A stretch of 63,966 nucleotides of DNA, the filler included, from Folioceros fuciformis (lineage: Eukaryota), in NCBI GenBank assembly GCA_049999805.1. It is 23 parts of 23 records of this genome, joined end to end, with 100 filler letters (N's around TTAATTAATTAA, not from the genome) between each part and the next. Parts side by side here need not be neighbours in the genome. Positions count along the whole stretch, not along the records: positions 24,447 to 26,056 come from JBNGIO010006601.1; positions 26,157 to 27,589 come from JBNGIO010006602.1; positions 27,690 to 28,709 come from JBNGIO010006603.1; positions 28,810 to 33,867 come from JBNGIO010006604.1; positions 33,968 to 37,043 come from JBNGIO010006605.1; positions 37,144 to 39,380 come from JBNGIO010006606.1; 17 more parts are not named here. One strand, written 5' to 3'. The position numbers and the translations under genes were made by a program. Shown one piece after another: positions 24,947 to 37,399 of this stretch (position 1 is the stretch's first letter; each line of letters opens with the position of its first letter). The notes below the pieces were generated by a model. The model searched no databases. It was not told where the DNA came from and worked only from the letters and a program-made list of their open reading frames with translations.

Positions 24947-26709
24947 TTCCAACACGCTGGAAGCAAGGTGCTTTTGACGCATGATGGATGGACTGATGAG
25001 CTTCATGAACATCAGCCTCTATCGTGCAGACTGTACCGAATGTGCTCGAATATGAACAGGACCGTGTGCACAAAACGTGTTCGTCCCCTTTTTTTTTTGC
25101 GTGGGAAGACTTGAGATGCCGCAACATGTTAGAGGTATGTTAGCCCCAGTGGCTATGGGAATCCTTCACTTGAGATGCTGGTTGAGTGGTGGCAACGGAA
25201 GTCTCTCGTGTCTCATCCTGCCAGCAACCCTTCTACCACAATGGCTCATGCTTACAAGGTCCTCATGTTTTGTTCTTTTTGATTGTTGTAGCAGATACGG
25301 CCAGAGCCAAGCCAATGATTGTCAGTTCAAACAGCAAGTTTGTGTGAGAGGTGTTGAGGGCTCAGCTCAATGGCCGTGCATCTTTCACTGAGGGCTCAGC
25401 TCAATGGCATGCATCTTTCACTGAAACTGGGTCTTCGTCATTGGACTTGTGTACAGGATGATTCCAGGTGTTGTAAGCAGGGTTCAATAGAATAGCTCAA
25501 GAACGAAGTTATGGGTGATGCTTACCTACGTAGATGATTTGGGGGATAGTATGTGAGAATCACAGACTACGTGGTGGATGGACCCATACCAGCCTAAAAA
25601 AGCAATGAGACCGATCATACACAGATCATACCCAAATGAGAAGGCATACTCTTAACTCTTTGCTGCTATCCAGCTTGATGACCAGCCCATTGTAATTGAA
25701 ACCGGTAGGACGAGGCTCTCCTTACTCCGATTGGTGTCCGGCCATGAAAGGCAAGGGGAAGGACAATTTAAGAAAGATGTGATAACAGTAAGTCCTTGCC
25801 ATCTTTTCGCTGTTAGGGAGCCTTCCGTTTTGTTGTCTTGTACAGGAGTACTCATGTACTGTGAGAGTGAGCCCCAGGAAGACAGCTGTTGGGAACAATA
25901 TCCACGTACAGCACATGCTGCTCAGCAGGAAGACGGAGAGATCTTCCGGATGCTCGTGGTGAACACCACAGACGACAGACATTCCACGAAATGAAATGAA
26001 CAAAAAATACAGATTTGGTGGACAGATGCAGGCGTCAGGGTGTGAGGACCTTGGGANNNNNNNNNNNNNNNNNNNNNNNNNNNNNNNNNNNNNNNNNNNN
26101 TTAATTAATTAANNNNNNNNNNNNNNNNNNNNNNNNNNNNNNNNNNNNNNNNNNNNGTAACCTAGACGTACAACTAGAGTTATTTAGGATTATTAAACAA
26201 ATACTTTATATATGACTCGTGTTTTTTTATTCAATTGAACATTACTATTCAAGTCTTCTCATTTTTAGCTATCGCTCTCCACGCTTCATGATGTCAAGCT
26301 GCCTTGACTACAAACCAGCATTTCCTATTCTTGTTAGTCTTGCCAAGGGTTATACGTCATGGGACAATAGTCAAGAAACACTTGTTTCACTCGGTTGATT
26401 CAATGGTCGTGTCGCCATATCAAAAGCCTTTGGGCATTTTTGGCAATGCTCATTCACATGTTTTCAACAAATAGGGATTGGGTGGTAGATGCATTTGCTG
26501 GTTTAGGTTCGTTTCTCCAAGTTGCCATGGACGTAGATATCAGGTGCGCTTTGTATATGTAGCAAAGAGTGCATGTCATTAGCAACATTCTAGACGCGGA
26601 TGAGTAGGTGACGACAAATACATTTTCCAGGGATCCATCGAAGTTCTGGGCTGAAGAGGTGTGAGCTAACGGTAATAGTGTGGCCTACACGGACTACACG
26701 TATTTGAAG

Positions 26710-27589
26710 ATACGTGTAGAGTTTCCACCTCCGAAACCGTTGTCTCTGCAGATGACGAAAGCATCAACAGAACAAAGGCATAGGGCAATTGAGGTGGGCA
26801 AATATGACATGTAGAAAGTGGACTTCCAACGCTTACCATTCATACGCCACAACTTCACCTGCCGATCATCAGCTCCCGATACGCTCAAAGGCAAGCTGGG
26901 ATGAAACGCAGCCCAGTTGACACCTTGATCACGTCCTTCTAAAACATACTTCACCACAGCCTCGCGCCCACCGAGGACATTCATATTGATATGACTCAGC
27001 TTGACAATATCCTCCGCAGGAGCCACGGGTTTCTTGCGAAGAGTAACGAGATCCCATACCCTCACCGTCTTGTCCAAGGATGCAGACACCACCAAATCCT
27101 CCTTCATGTGAAAGGAAGCACACACGACAGAGCGAGTGTGCCCTTTGAGCACAGATATGCATGTCCGGGAATGCCAGTGCCAGTCCCATATCCGGACAGT
27201 CTGGTCATCACTTGCGCTCACAATCCAAGGGTACTCGTGGTGAAACTGTACAGTCCTGATCTTATCGAGGTGGCCCACGAGGGTCAAGACGCATCGGCGC
27301 ATCTCGTAGTTCCACACCTTGATCTTATAGTCATCCCCTGTTCCAAAAATCAGAGTGTCAGACCTCCTGCCACAAGCCCACCCTAACACACAAACAAACA
27401 GCGTACACAGTCCAGCAGCAGCAGGAGCAACAGCTCCGCTCCCATGCCCTGCCCTGCCCTGCCCTGCCCTCCCCAACCCAAACCACTCCAGACCCAAGCT
27501 TCACAACACCCGCACCACAAACCACAAGCCCAGATCCCACCAGGTTCCACTTCAGCGGCTGCGACGTGTGGAAGTGCACGCTGCGCACG
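26710..27589 (-). pseudogene. Coatomer alpha subunit (alpha-COP) WD40 fragment, divergent/truncated
   Basis: [76 protein letters not shown]; similarity is lost after the next intron. Confidence 0.85.
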
Positions 27590-28961
27590 NNNNNNNNNNN
27601 NNNNNNNNNNNNNNNNNNNNNNNNNNNNNNNNNTTAATTAATTAANNNNNNNNNNNNNNNNNNNNNNNNNNNNNNNNNNNNNNNNNNNNGGTCTAGCAGC
27701 CGTGGTGTAGGCCATGGCAGCCCTGGGGAGCTAGAATCCTGGACTGCAGCAGGCAGTTGCCGCTCTCTTTGGCTCCCCGCTACCATCGGATGTGCTACAG
27801 CAGGCGTTTGGAATCGATGATAAGATAGTCCAGTGGCTGGAGGCCAGTCCGAAGTAGACGCATCTACAAGCACATATCAGCAATGCAATGCATGGGCCCT
27901 CCGTTTGTTAGCCAGTCCAGTCCAGTTTATCAATGACGGTGCAATAGCATAGCATTCATCCACTCTGGACAGTACCCTTGATCCTGCTCCTGGGCCTAGA
28001 GGACATTGCACTTATTCCACTTTTTTCTGAAATGTATTCCCGAATTTATTGGATCACTCGGTACAGTATTCTGTACCTAGCACTCGAGCGTCGTGCGGAA
28101 GAAAATGTATAACAAATCAGTCCCTTCAACATGCCTTCAAGTGTTTTTGGGTGCCTCTAAGGTCTAGGGTAAGCTAAGTAACTAGATTATGTCTCAAATA
28201 CTCCCTAAGAGTCTACATCACACATCTCAGGCTACTTTGTTCTCTTTGGTTTGAACACTTTGAAGAGCTCTAGAAGCTATATGCCTATCAGCCAATGTCA
28301 TATACGTAATAGTGGTTGGTATGGGAGGTCGATTTATTTGCTTTGACGTTGAACTAAATTTTTTGTGATAAGCTGCTCATAATCATTGAACATCTATCTC
28401 GATAGGAACCACAAGCTTCTCTTGTGTCATCCCAAGTTTCTTCTCTTGTGTCATCCCAAGTTTAACAAGGAATCAAATGCAATCCTCAACATGCTGGATG
28501 ACATACTTGGTGACAATACACAGCTTTGTGGCCATAAAATATTATGTCAAATGAATCTAGCGGCCATGACCTCCCTACCTGTTCCCGTGGAGTGCTGGGT
28601 TGACAATGACAATGTGCACAGCAAGGGGTACCGCCGGACATATGGGGCGGCGCGCTCCTCGCGTGACGGGCGAAATGGTGGAGCCTGAGAGTCTGATTTT
28701 GGCCAAGCANNNNNNNNNNNNNNNNNNNNNNNNNNNNNNNNNNNNNNNNNNNNTTAATTAATTAANNNNNNNNNNNNNNNNNNNNNNNNNNNNNNNNNNN
28801 NNNNNNNNNTTCTTAGGAGGTTTTGCCTGGAACACACAATTTGTTTCCAAAGGCAGCAAGAAGCATACTTGCTTTTTCATCAAGACAGTTCTAGATTTAG
28901 CTTTCACCTTTCTACTTTTAACTTTCACCTTGTTTCACTTATGCCACCTTATGCCATTACT

Positions 28962-28973
28962 CTCTCCCCCACT
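28962..28973 (-). promoter_or_regulatory. Polypurine tract of Gypsy element
   Basis: AGTGGGGGAGAG on minus, about 20 nt after the pol stop. Confidence 0.8.
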
Positions 28974-28991
28974 AGGAAGATGTCATTGTCC

Positions 28992-31900
28992 TCAATGACC
29001 TGCAGTATAACGTGAGATCATCCATGATCCTTGTTGCACATCTTGAAGTGAAACCCAGACAGGATCTGCAAAATCACGAAGTCTTACTAGATACTCTAGA
29101 ACATTACCACGGACAGAAGGCACTTCTCTTTCTGCTAGAAATTCAACAATCTCTTGTAGACTATGGTTATATTGAACCAGGATAACATAGTCTTTTCTGT
29201 TCATGTCTTCATTCTCTTTCGAAATCACAAACGGTTTCAGCAAAGAGACATGAAACACATCATCAGAGAAGATCCAATTAGGCAGTTGTAGTTTGTAAGC
29301 CACATTCCCAATGCGCTTCAGAACTGTAAAAGGACCTCCATACTTAGGCCTTAACTTTGGGGACAATCCTTGAGGTATTGGGAAGTGTTTCAACTTTACC
29401 CAAACCTTATCACCCACTTGAAATTCTGCCTCTTTCTTGTGCCTATCAGCAAACTTCTTTTGCCTGTCTTGAGCTTTGGCCAAAATCCTCTTAGCAATTT
29501 CATGCCTGGCGCTTAACTGCTCAATAAATTCATGTAGTTCTCTTGCTGCTATCTCAAACACGTCAGCATTCAACATGGAAACTGCGTCCATTGCTTCGTT
29601 ACCTGTNNNNNNNNNNNNNNNNNNNNNNNNNNNNNNNNNNNNNNNNNNNNNNNNNNNNNNNNNNNNNNNNNNNNNNNNNNNNNNNNNNNNNNNNNNNNNN
29701 NNNNNNCGTAAGTATTCCTCTTGGATTCTGTTTACTCTTTCTGTAGATCCATCTGTATCAGGGTGATATGCTGTACTTAGACATAGTTGCACTCCCAAGC
29801 TCTTCATAAGCTGTTGCCAAATTTCCGCTGTGAATCTGGGATCTCTATCACTCACAATTTGCATAGGCAATCCATGTAACACATAGATATGCTTCTTAAA
29901 CAATTGAGCAACTTCTAAAGCCTTCACTTGCTTCTTCGTGGGGATAAAGTGTGCTTGCTTGCTGAACCTATCAACAACTGTCATGATAGCTGTGTATCCA
30001 TTACTAGGTGGCAATGGCATAACAAAATCCATTGATATACTCTTCCAAGGCCCACTTGGAATAGGCAGGGGTTGCAACAAACCTCGTGGATTTGTCTGCT
30101 CTACTTTATCCTGTTGACAGTCTACACAAGACTTCACATACTCTACAGTATGTTTGTACATTCCAGGCCAGTAAAACAGCTTCTTCAACTTCTCATAAGT
30201 TGTGTCAATTCCCCGATGACCAGCACTTAGCACATCGTGACATTCTGCAAGCAACTTTTTTCTCAACTCTTGAGAATCAGGAATCACAATCCTGTTTTGC
30301 TTGAACATTAACAAGCCATTTCTAAGCTTAAACTTAGACCCCGGTTGCTCTATCTCGTTGATCCAATCTTGCACTAATGGATCATGCAAATAAGCCTCCT
30401 TAATCTGCATGTGAGTGTCCCTTGGCTCAATCACCATCTGTGTTGTAGCTAGCTTAGGATTCTTCAGCTTAAAAACAGACATTAAACTCAACTCCTGCTT
30501 GCGACTAAGAGCATCTGCCACGAGATTTTCCTTCCCTGGCTTGTACTTAATCTCTACATCATACATCGCTAGGAAATCTTGCCATCTAGCTTGTCTAGCA
30601 TTTAGTCGCAACTGATTAGAAAAGAAGCTTGTACTTACATTATTTGTGTACAGCACAAAAGATCTTCCAAGAAGATAGTGTCTCCAAATCTTGAGACAAT
30701 TGATGACGGCTGTCATCTCCTTCTCATATGTGGGGTATTTCCTCTCATGTTCATGCAACTTTCTTGGTTCGTAAGCCACTGGCCTACCTTCTTGCATAAG
30801 CACTCCTCCAATAGCTGTATCTGACGCATCAGTATACACTTTTATATATTTCTTTGGATCATAGATTGCTAGTACTGGAGTAGTGCTGAGTTTCAACTTG
30901 AGAAACTCAAATGCCCTTTGACATTCTTCATCCCACTTCCATGTCTTCACCTTCTTCAAGAGATCAGTTAATGGGGCAGCAATTTTGGCAAACATTGGTA
31001 CAAATCTTTTGTACACGCTAGCCAATCCTAAAAATATACGCACTTCATGCACATTGCTTGGCGGCAGCCAACTCTGTATGGCTTTTACCTTATCAGGATC
31101 CATCCTGATTCCATCCGCAGAGACATTGAATCCAAGGAAGTCTATTTCTTCCTTAACAAAGTCACACTTTGTTATAGCTAAGAACAAAGAATTTGCCCTT
31201 AACCTTTCCAACACTTTCCTCAAGTGTTGGACATGCTCCTCTAAGGTAGAACTGAATATCAAAATGTTATCCAAATAGATCACAACACACTCATCCAACA
31301 GATCTCTGAATATACTATTCATGAGAGTCTGAAATGTGGCTGGTGCATTAGTGAGTCCAAATGGCATGACTAGAAATTCAAAAGATCCATACCTTGTCCT
31401 ACAAGTAGTTTTGTATTCATGTCCTTCTGCGATGCGAATCTGGTAATAACCAGCCATCAAATCCAGTCTGGTAAAATACTTAGCACATTTCAACCTGTCA
31501 AACATATCATCCATCCTTGGCAAAGGATAGGAATTTTTGACTGTTATCTGGTTGAGTGCTCTGTAATCCAAGCATAACCTTAATCCTCCATTCTTCTTTC
31601 GCGTAAACAATACTAGCGCACCAAATGTGGATTTTGAGACTCTAACATAGCCCTTGGCTAACAAGTTAGACATTTGTCTCTTCAATTCTTGAAACTCATC
31701 TAGCGACAATCTATACGGCGCTCTTGATGGCGGTACACTTCCTGGCTTTAGATCAATTTCATGATCTACAACTCTCCGTTGAGGTAAAGGAGGTAACTCA
31801 GTAGGCATCAAGTCTTTAAACTCATCTAAGACATCCTGTATCTCCTTTGGAATCTTTGGTTGCTTCTGAGATTCCATCTCAATACCATCTTCTAGTCCTT

Positions 31901-32360
31901 GCAACACCAACAAATACAGTTCCTCTCCATTTTTAACACAACGCTTGAGCTCTTTGTTAGAGATGACTTCATCAATCTTGTGCCCAAGCTGATGCTCAAG
32001 GACTGCACAACTCACTTTGTGCTTTTCATCTCCTATGATCTGTATGGTGCGTGAGTCCACGTCTACACATACCTTATTGGCCTTCATCCATTCTAAGCCC
32101 AAGATGATTTCATGATCACCTATATCTACAACTGTGAAGCTTGCTTGTCCTGTCCAATTGCCTATCTACAAAGGAACTTTTTCTAGCTGTCCTAAGAACT
32201 GCAGCTTTCCTTTTGCTTGTTTCACTGTACATGGCTCTGAAATACTAGCCCATGTCAAACCAAGCTTACTTGCTCTGCCAGGAGAAATGAAATTATGTGT
32301 TGCTGCTAGATCAAGCAACATCTTCGCTTCTTCACGATTCACACATCCTTCTATATACAT
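28992..32360 (-). pseudogene. Gypsy pol (protease, RT, RNase H, integrase, chromodomain-like)
   Basis: LLDLAATHNF, ILGLEWM, LCLDYRALN, VMPFGLTNAPATFQ, YLDNI (D>N), TDASD, ADALSR, H-H-C-C, SMDFV, SDRD, ERVN, KYGGPF, EYLVRL; TAG at 32166. Confidence 0.92.
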
Positions 32361-32447
32361 GAGCTCTCCACCTGCCCTATGAATAATGCTGTCCTCAGCA
32401 TCTTGAGAGTCACCACATGTAGCCTGTGCAACATGTGGCCAATCCCG

Positions 32448-33692
32448 TCATTTGGGATTTTCAGTTCCGGATACTTCTGTAATCCTGAGTCTTTGGGGCT
32501 GTGGGCTGTCTTGAACAACATTCAAAGTTTGTTGAGTATTGGGGCATTCATTCGCGTAATGTCCCGGCTCTCCACAAGCAAAACAAACTCCTTTCCGAGA
32601 ACCCATTGTCACTGTTCTCTGAGGTCCGCGCCCCCTGCGCACTCCTTGATTTCTCCCACGGAAGCTCGCACTGGAGTTGCCTCTTGCAACTGTACTCCTT
32701 TCATTATCCTTGGGAGTCCCTCATGCAACATTGTTGGAAGAAACCCTAGTTTGCATATACCGTCCACGGGTATTACCTCGAAATCTTCTTAAGGAGTTGG
32801 ATGTGTTGGAATGAAAGGTATCTGGGATAGCATCTGCTGCTGTTATGGCCTCTGCCAAGGTCATTGGACTATACAACTCAATTCTGTTAGCAGCCCAGTC
32901 CTTCAAACCAACTATGAAGCGATGTAGTTTGTCAACTTCACTCATTGAAGTACAATGCATAACAGCTTCACTGAATGTATTTACATATTCTCGTACAGTA
33001 CCTGTCTGCTTTATATTATCAAGCAGCTGCCGGCTCAAGCGTAAAGCATTCGCAGGTTGGAACTGCTTCTTCAAGGCCTCTTTAAAAGATGCCCAGTCTG
33101 TGATGGTGTGTGCTCGATTTCCCTGGGCTACATTAGCACAATAACTTCGCCACCACACCAAAGCATACCCTTTGAGAAAGTTGCCCACAGTTCCTAAGTA
33201 ATGCTTAGGCTCCAGGCCAGATGAAGCAAGATAGCTTTCAATAGAGTAAATCCAGGAATCAATAGCTTGTAGATCCCTTACTCCCTCATACTTATCTGGC
33301 ACGGTCAACTTCAGATTTGCCCTCGGAACTGCTTCGAAGATATGAAAAGGATCTTGATTGTCTTCCGCTTCCTCATTTTGTAGAACTATAGGCTGTGGAT
33401 CCTNNNNNNNNNNNNNNNNNNNNNNNNNNNNNNNNNNNNNNNNNNNNNNNNNNNNNNNNNNNNNNNNNNNNNNNNNNNNNNNNNNNNNNNNNNNNNNNNN
33501 NNNGTCTTCCGCTTCCTCATTTTGTAGAACTATAGGCTGTGGATCCTTCCTTGCCTTTTTCCCAGTTGCTATCAAATCTTGGAGAACTTCCGGCAATACT
33601 TCGGGGAGAATTTGTTGTAAAGCGACCATCATCTGCATCTTCCAATCTTCAGATTTGTCTCCGGATGGTCCTGCTGAGTCGGTAGGCGGCAT
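32448..33692 (-). pseudogene. Gypsy gag with CCHC zinc knuckle
   Basis: PDKYEG..W, LKGYALVWW, QTGTVREY, FIVGL, CFACGEPGHYANEC; internal TGA at 32721-32723; ends at TGA 32448-32450. Confidence 0.9.
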
Positions 33693-33780
33693 CTCCTTGC
33701 CTTGATTTTCCTCGAGTTGTTGAGGGGGGGATTAGGAGAAACCTCTCCTAATCCCCCGCCATCTTGGAGGAATAGACTAT

Positions 33781-33792
33781 GCTCTGATACCA
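33781..33792 (-). promoter_or_regulatory. Primer binding site (tRNA-iMet) of Gypsy element
   Basis: TGGTATCAGAGC on the minus strand, upstream of gag. Confidence 0.9.
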
Positions 33793-33967
33793 ACTAAGTA
33801 ACGCCCCCTTCCTTATGCAACGTAAAAGGAAGCAACGGCCTCGAATCTCGTCTAAACACTCCGCAGCNNNNNNNNNNNNNNNNNNNNNNNNNNNNNNNNN
33901 NNNNNNNNNNNTTAATTAATTAANNNNNNNNNNNNNNNNNNNNNNNNNNNNNNNNNNNNNNNNNNNN

Positions 33968-35298
33968 TGCGCTACCGGCAGTAACACGTTGAATGCCGTG
34001 AAGAGCATTTTGGATGTGGTGAAGGACAGATACCGGATTCGGAATGTGGGGATGCCGGAGGTGGAGGTCTCCTTTTCCGATCTCCCGTCCAACGATTTCA
34101 ACACTCTGTTCCAAGAATTGCCGCCCCTCAATTGTGTGGTGGCCAACCGGTCCCTCAAGGACTTCAGGCGGAATGCTAGCAAGAGGGTTTTCTACGCCGG
34201 CGGTGTTCCCGGCTCCTTCTTCAAGGAGAGGCTCTTCCCTTCCAGGAGCATGCACATCATCTCGTCCTTCTCGGCCCTGCATTGGCTCTCCGAGGTGAGT
34301 TTGCATTCCCAAACTGTATTCAATCGTGCCAGTAGCATTGTTGCCGAACAGTATGGAGAAGGATGAAACCGACATCGATCTCCGGTCGGCTGTGTGCAGG
34401 TTCCTGCAGAGGTCACAGACAGAAACTCTCTGGCCTACAACAAGGATCGGATCTGGTTTGATGGAACCAGTGGACCAGTACGAGATGTGATTGCCCAACA
34501 ATCCGCCGCTGATTTGACGAAGTTTCTGCAGTTTCGAGCTGAGGAGCTGGTCCCTGGTGGCATTCTGGTGCTCATGTTCGGAGGCCGATTGGAGAAAGAC
34601 NNNNNNNNNNNNNNNNNNNNNNNNNNNNNNNNNNNNNNNNNNNNNNNNNNNNNNNNNNNNNNNNNNNNNNNNNNNNNNNNNNNNNNNNNNNNNNNNNNNN
34701 GACCTGGCTCACGGCGTGGAAGAGTTTCAAGGCTTGAGTGAAGCTGGAGAATTGCTTCAACAAAGCTTCCAGGAACTTGTTTCTGAGGTACCTACTGATC
34801 TAACCGCGTCCATGGAGCCTTGGCTTCATATCGTGCATTGCAGAGCTCTTCCGGATCCCCTTACCATGCCCCAAATCTGTTGAACCCACCATCATCTCAA
34901 TTTGATATCTTCTGAATTGACAGGGCGTGATTGAGCAAGAGAAGCTGGATACCTTCAACATCTCAGCTTACAGCAGAAGCCTGGCAGAAGTGAAGAAAGC
35001 CGTGAAGGAGTCAAGGCTGTTCGACATCCACTTGCTGGACAACGTAGCCAAGGCAGACATCATCCCGGCAGAGGAGAAGAAAAGAATGTGGCCTACCCGG
35101 GAAGCTTTTGGCAGGACCTGGGCAAACAAGACGAGGAGCGTGACATCGGGACTGCTCCACAGCCACATCGGGCCTGAGCTTTCAGACCTCTTGTTCCAGC
35201 GGCTGGAGGCCAAGGCCACCCAGAACTACGACAAGTACAGCAACATTAGAATGTGCGCAATCGTGGCTATTCTGGTCCGCCGGCCCCAACGATCTTGA
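33968..35298 (+). CDS. SABATH family SAM-dependent carboxyl methyltransferase (5'-partial, 3 exons seen)
   Basis: CATGSNT, SDLPSNDFNTLF, GVPGSFFKERLFP, SSFSALHWLSE|VP, FLQFRAEELVPGG, KLDTFNI; introns at about 34294-34399 and 34788-34924. Confidence 0.92.
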
Positions 35299-35769
35299 GG
35301 TGCTCAAATCAGTACTTGCAACCATTCCGTCTGCTCAATCACTTCACAGAATAGGATGAACCACTTGCAGGAATTTTAGACAGTTCTCAAAGTCCGCACC
35401 TCTCAACAAGCATGAGAGGCCTGGGGCTCAATGACTTGCAAGTTGAAACAATTCTTTGTGTCATTAGACATGCATAGATCCCCGGGGCTACAGGGTAGAG
35501 AGCCCTAGCTAGACTAGTCCTCTGTACATACATGCGCCTCACTCGTGTGAGCGCCATGTAGAATCTCCCACCTTTGTACATCCAAAAAAACATTCTCTAC
35601 ACGATCGTAGTGACTCTTTCTCTGGGCGGTGGCAGAAGGCACTCTGAGAAAGTAATCGCCCAGAAAAAGGCCCGGAGGAAGTTCAAAAGTGAGACTCACT
35701 TATGACACTCGGATAATAAATTGGATGCACACTCTTGGAACCAGAATCCTGACAATTCCAGATCACTTG

Positions 35770-36010
35770 TTTGGTAGCTCCTGTCTGCAAGGCATGTATT
35801 CAAACGGTTGCTGATAACAAAGATGCTCTCCAGGTTCGGGACAGCATGCATGTGCCGCCGACAAGGAACGTCCTGTCATTGAGGTGCAGAAAAGGTGGGC
35901 AGATGCAAGAAGCCCGGAATGCATGGCCTCAAAGCATGGAGGGGGGACAGAATCATACAAATACCTTGATTTCTGGATATGCCGAGTAGAGGGACATGAA
36001 GCTGCGATCC
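35770..36010 (+). pseudogene. Possible degenerate PPR remnant
   Basis: DALQVRDSM..RNVLS, GQMQEARNA and NTLISGYAE resemble PLS PPR motifs; stops present. Confidence 0.3.
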
Positions 36011-36915
36011 CGGACCGATGACGAGAGGATTTCCCCATACCATCTTGCCTGGTGAACTGTGTGCAAACGCTTGGGTTCTGGACAGGATGCATATGGCCAG
36101 TATAAGATTCGACAGTTCCAGTGAGCTCTTGGGGTGAAGTATGGTGTAGCTATATGATTCTCTTGGATCAGTGGGCGCAAGTGGGCGTCTTCAAGACTGT
36201 CCAGCAATGGAACAATTCCAGAACAAGCGGTCGTGATGAAAGAACCGTGTTGAGGTTTGTCATAGGACTCCAGCTTCTCGCATATACTTTAGGATGGGGT
36301 GCAAACGTTGTCTTCGGAGAAGGAGGTGAGCGCTTCTAATAGGTCAAGACGACTATTTTGCGATTCTTTTACGATTCTTTCTTGAGGAGCACAGGAGTCG
36401 ACGTCAATGGTTGGCCTTCTTTTCTGACGTCTGGTTTTGGAGCCGACCGGCCTGAGGGTATGAGAGAACGGTCAGGAATAAACCTGTGGACCGGAAGTCA
36501 TGTGACGCATGGGCAACTATGGACATGCCAGACGGCACAACTTTGACACGAGCTCCAGGCAGCTTCTTGGGGCCTTGTGATTCCGCGTCTCAAGTCTGCA
36601 CTAGTCGTCCAAAGTTTGCGCACCTTGCCTGCCGGACGCCGGCTATGGCCGATCATCCAAACGAAGAGGATATAAGGGAGCTGCCCCAGCCTGTCTACCT
36701 CATCAATCCTCCTCGTCTTCGACACTCAACACTCAGAGTCGTGTCTTACGGATCTCTCCCACACCTCCCGTTCCTCCGCTCGAAGTGTGCTCAGACATCG
36801 CTGACGGCCGTCTTCAGCCTGTCTTTGCACTGCACCTCCGGAATCGTGTTGGGTTTTTCGCTCAGTCTTGCTGTTGCACGACGTTGCAAGCGGGACACAC
36901 CATCCGGATTGCAAA

Positions 36916-37043
36916 ATGACGATCCAGGCGCTCAACAGCTGCGACAACGAGGCCATCCAGGTCGCCAAGTCCAGCATGTCGGGAGGCAATGGAGACGCCA
37001 GCTACGCCAAGAACTCGCAATCGCAAGCACACGTCTTCAATTT
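36916..37043 (+). CDS. SABATH methyltransferase N-terminus (next tandem copy, 3'-partial)
   Basis: MTIQ...MSGGNGDASYAKNSQSQ matches the SABATH N-terminal MxGGxGxxSYxxNS motif. Confidence 0.88.
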
Positions 37044-37267
37044 NNNNNNNNNNNNNNNNNNNNNNNNNNNNNNNNNNNNNNNNNNNNTTAATTAATTAAN
37101 NNNNNNNNNNNNNNNNNNNNNNNNNNNNNNNNNNNNNNNNNNNGTTCTCATCCATCAAGCGTCACGTTACAGTAGGGTTCCAGCGCACATGGTCGTACGC
37201 TTGCCAAGTCGTGAGGCACACATAGGCAGCCTTCTTTGTATCAACACGTTATTGCTTTATTAATCTT

Positions 37268-37309
37268 AATTCCAATTCCAATTCCAATTCCAATTCCAAT
37301 TCCAATTCC
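37268..37309. repeat. (AATTCC)7 microsatellite
   Basis: Direct reading. Confidence 0.95.
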
Positions 37310-37399
37310 AACTCGTATCTCTATTCATTTACCATGCGTGCGAAAGAATGCATCGATGACCGTGCTTACACGCTCACGTTACAAGTGAGCTTTCCAAAA

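Larger units (their letters stand above)
28810..33867 (-). mobile_element. Ty3/Gypsy chromovirus-like LTR retrotransposon (partial LTRs at both scaffold ends)
   Basis: PBS, gag, zinc knuckle, PR-RT-RH-IN order, GPF motif, chromodomain-like tail, PPT. Confidence 0.95.

Noticed and set aside
27690-28709. Possible LINE endonuclease remnant (GRFICFDV, LNIY)
   Set aside because: Motifs too short and out of frame to support a call
33360-33547. Apparent tandem repeats flanking internal N gaps (also 5677-5822 and about 53907-54167)
   Set aside because: Likely overlapping contig ends left unmerged
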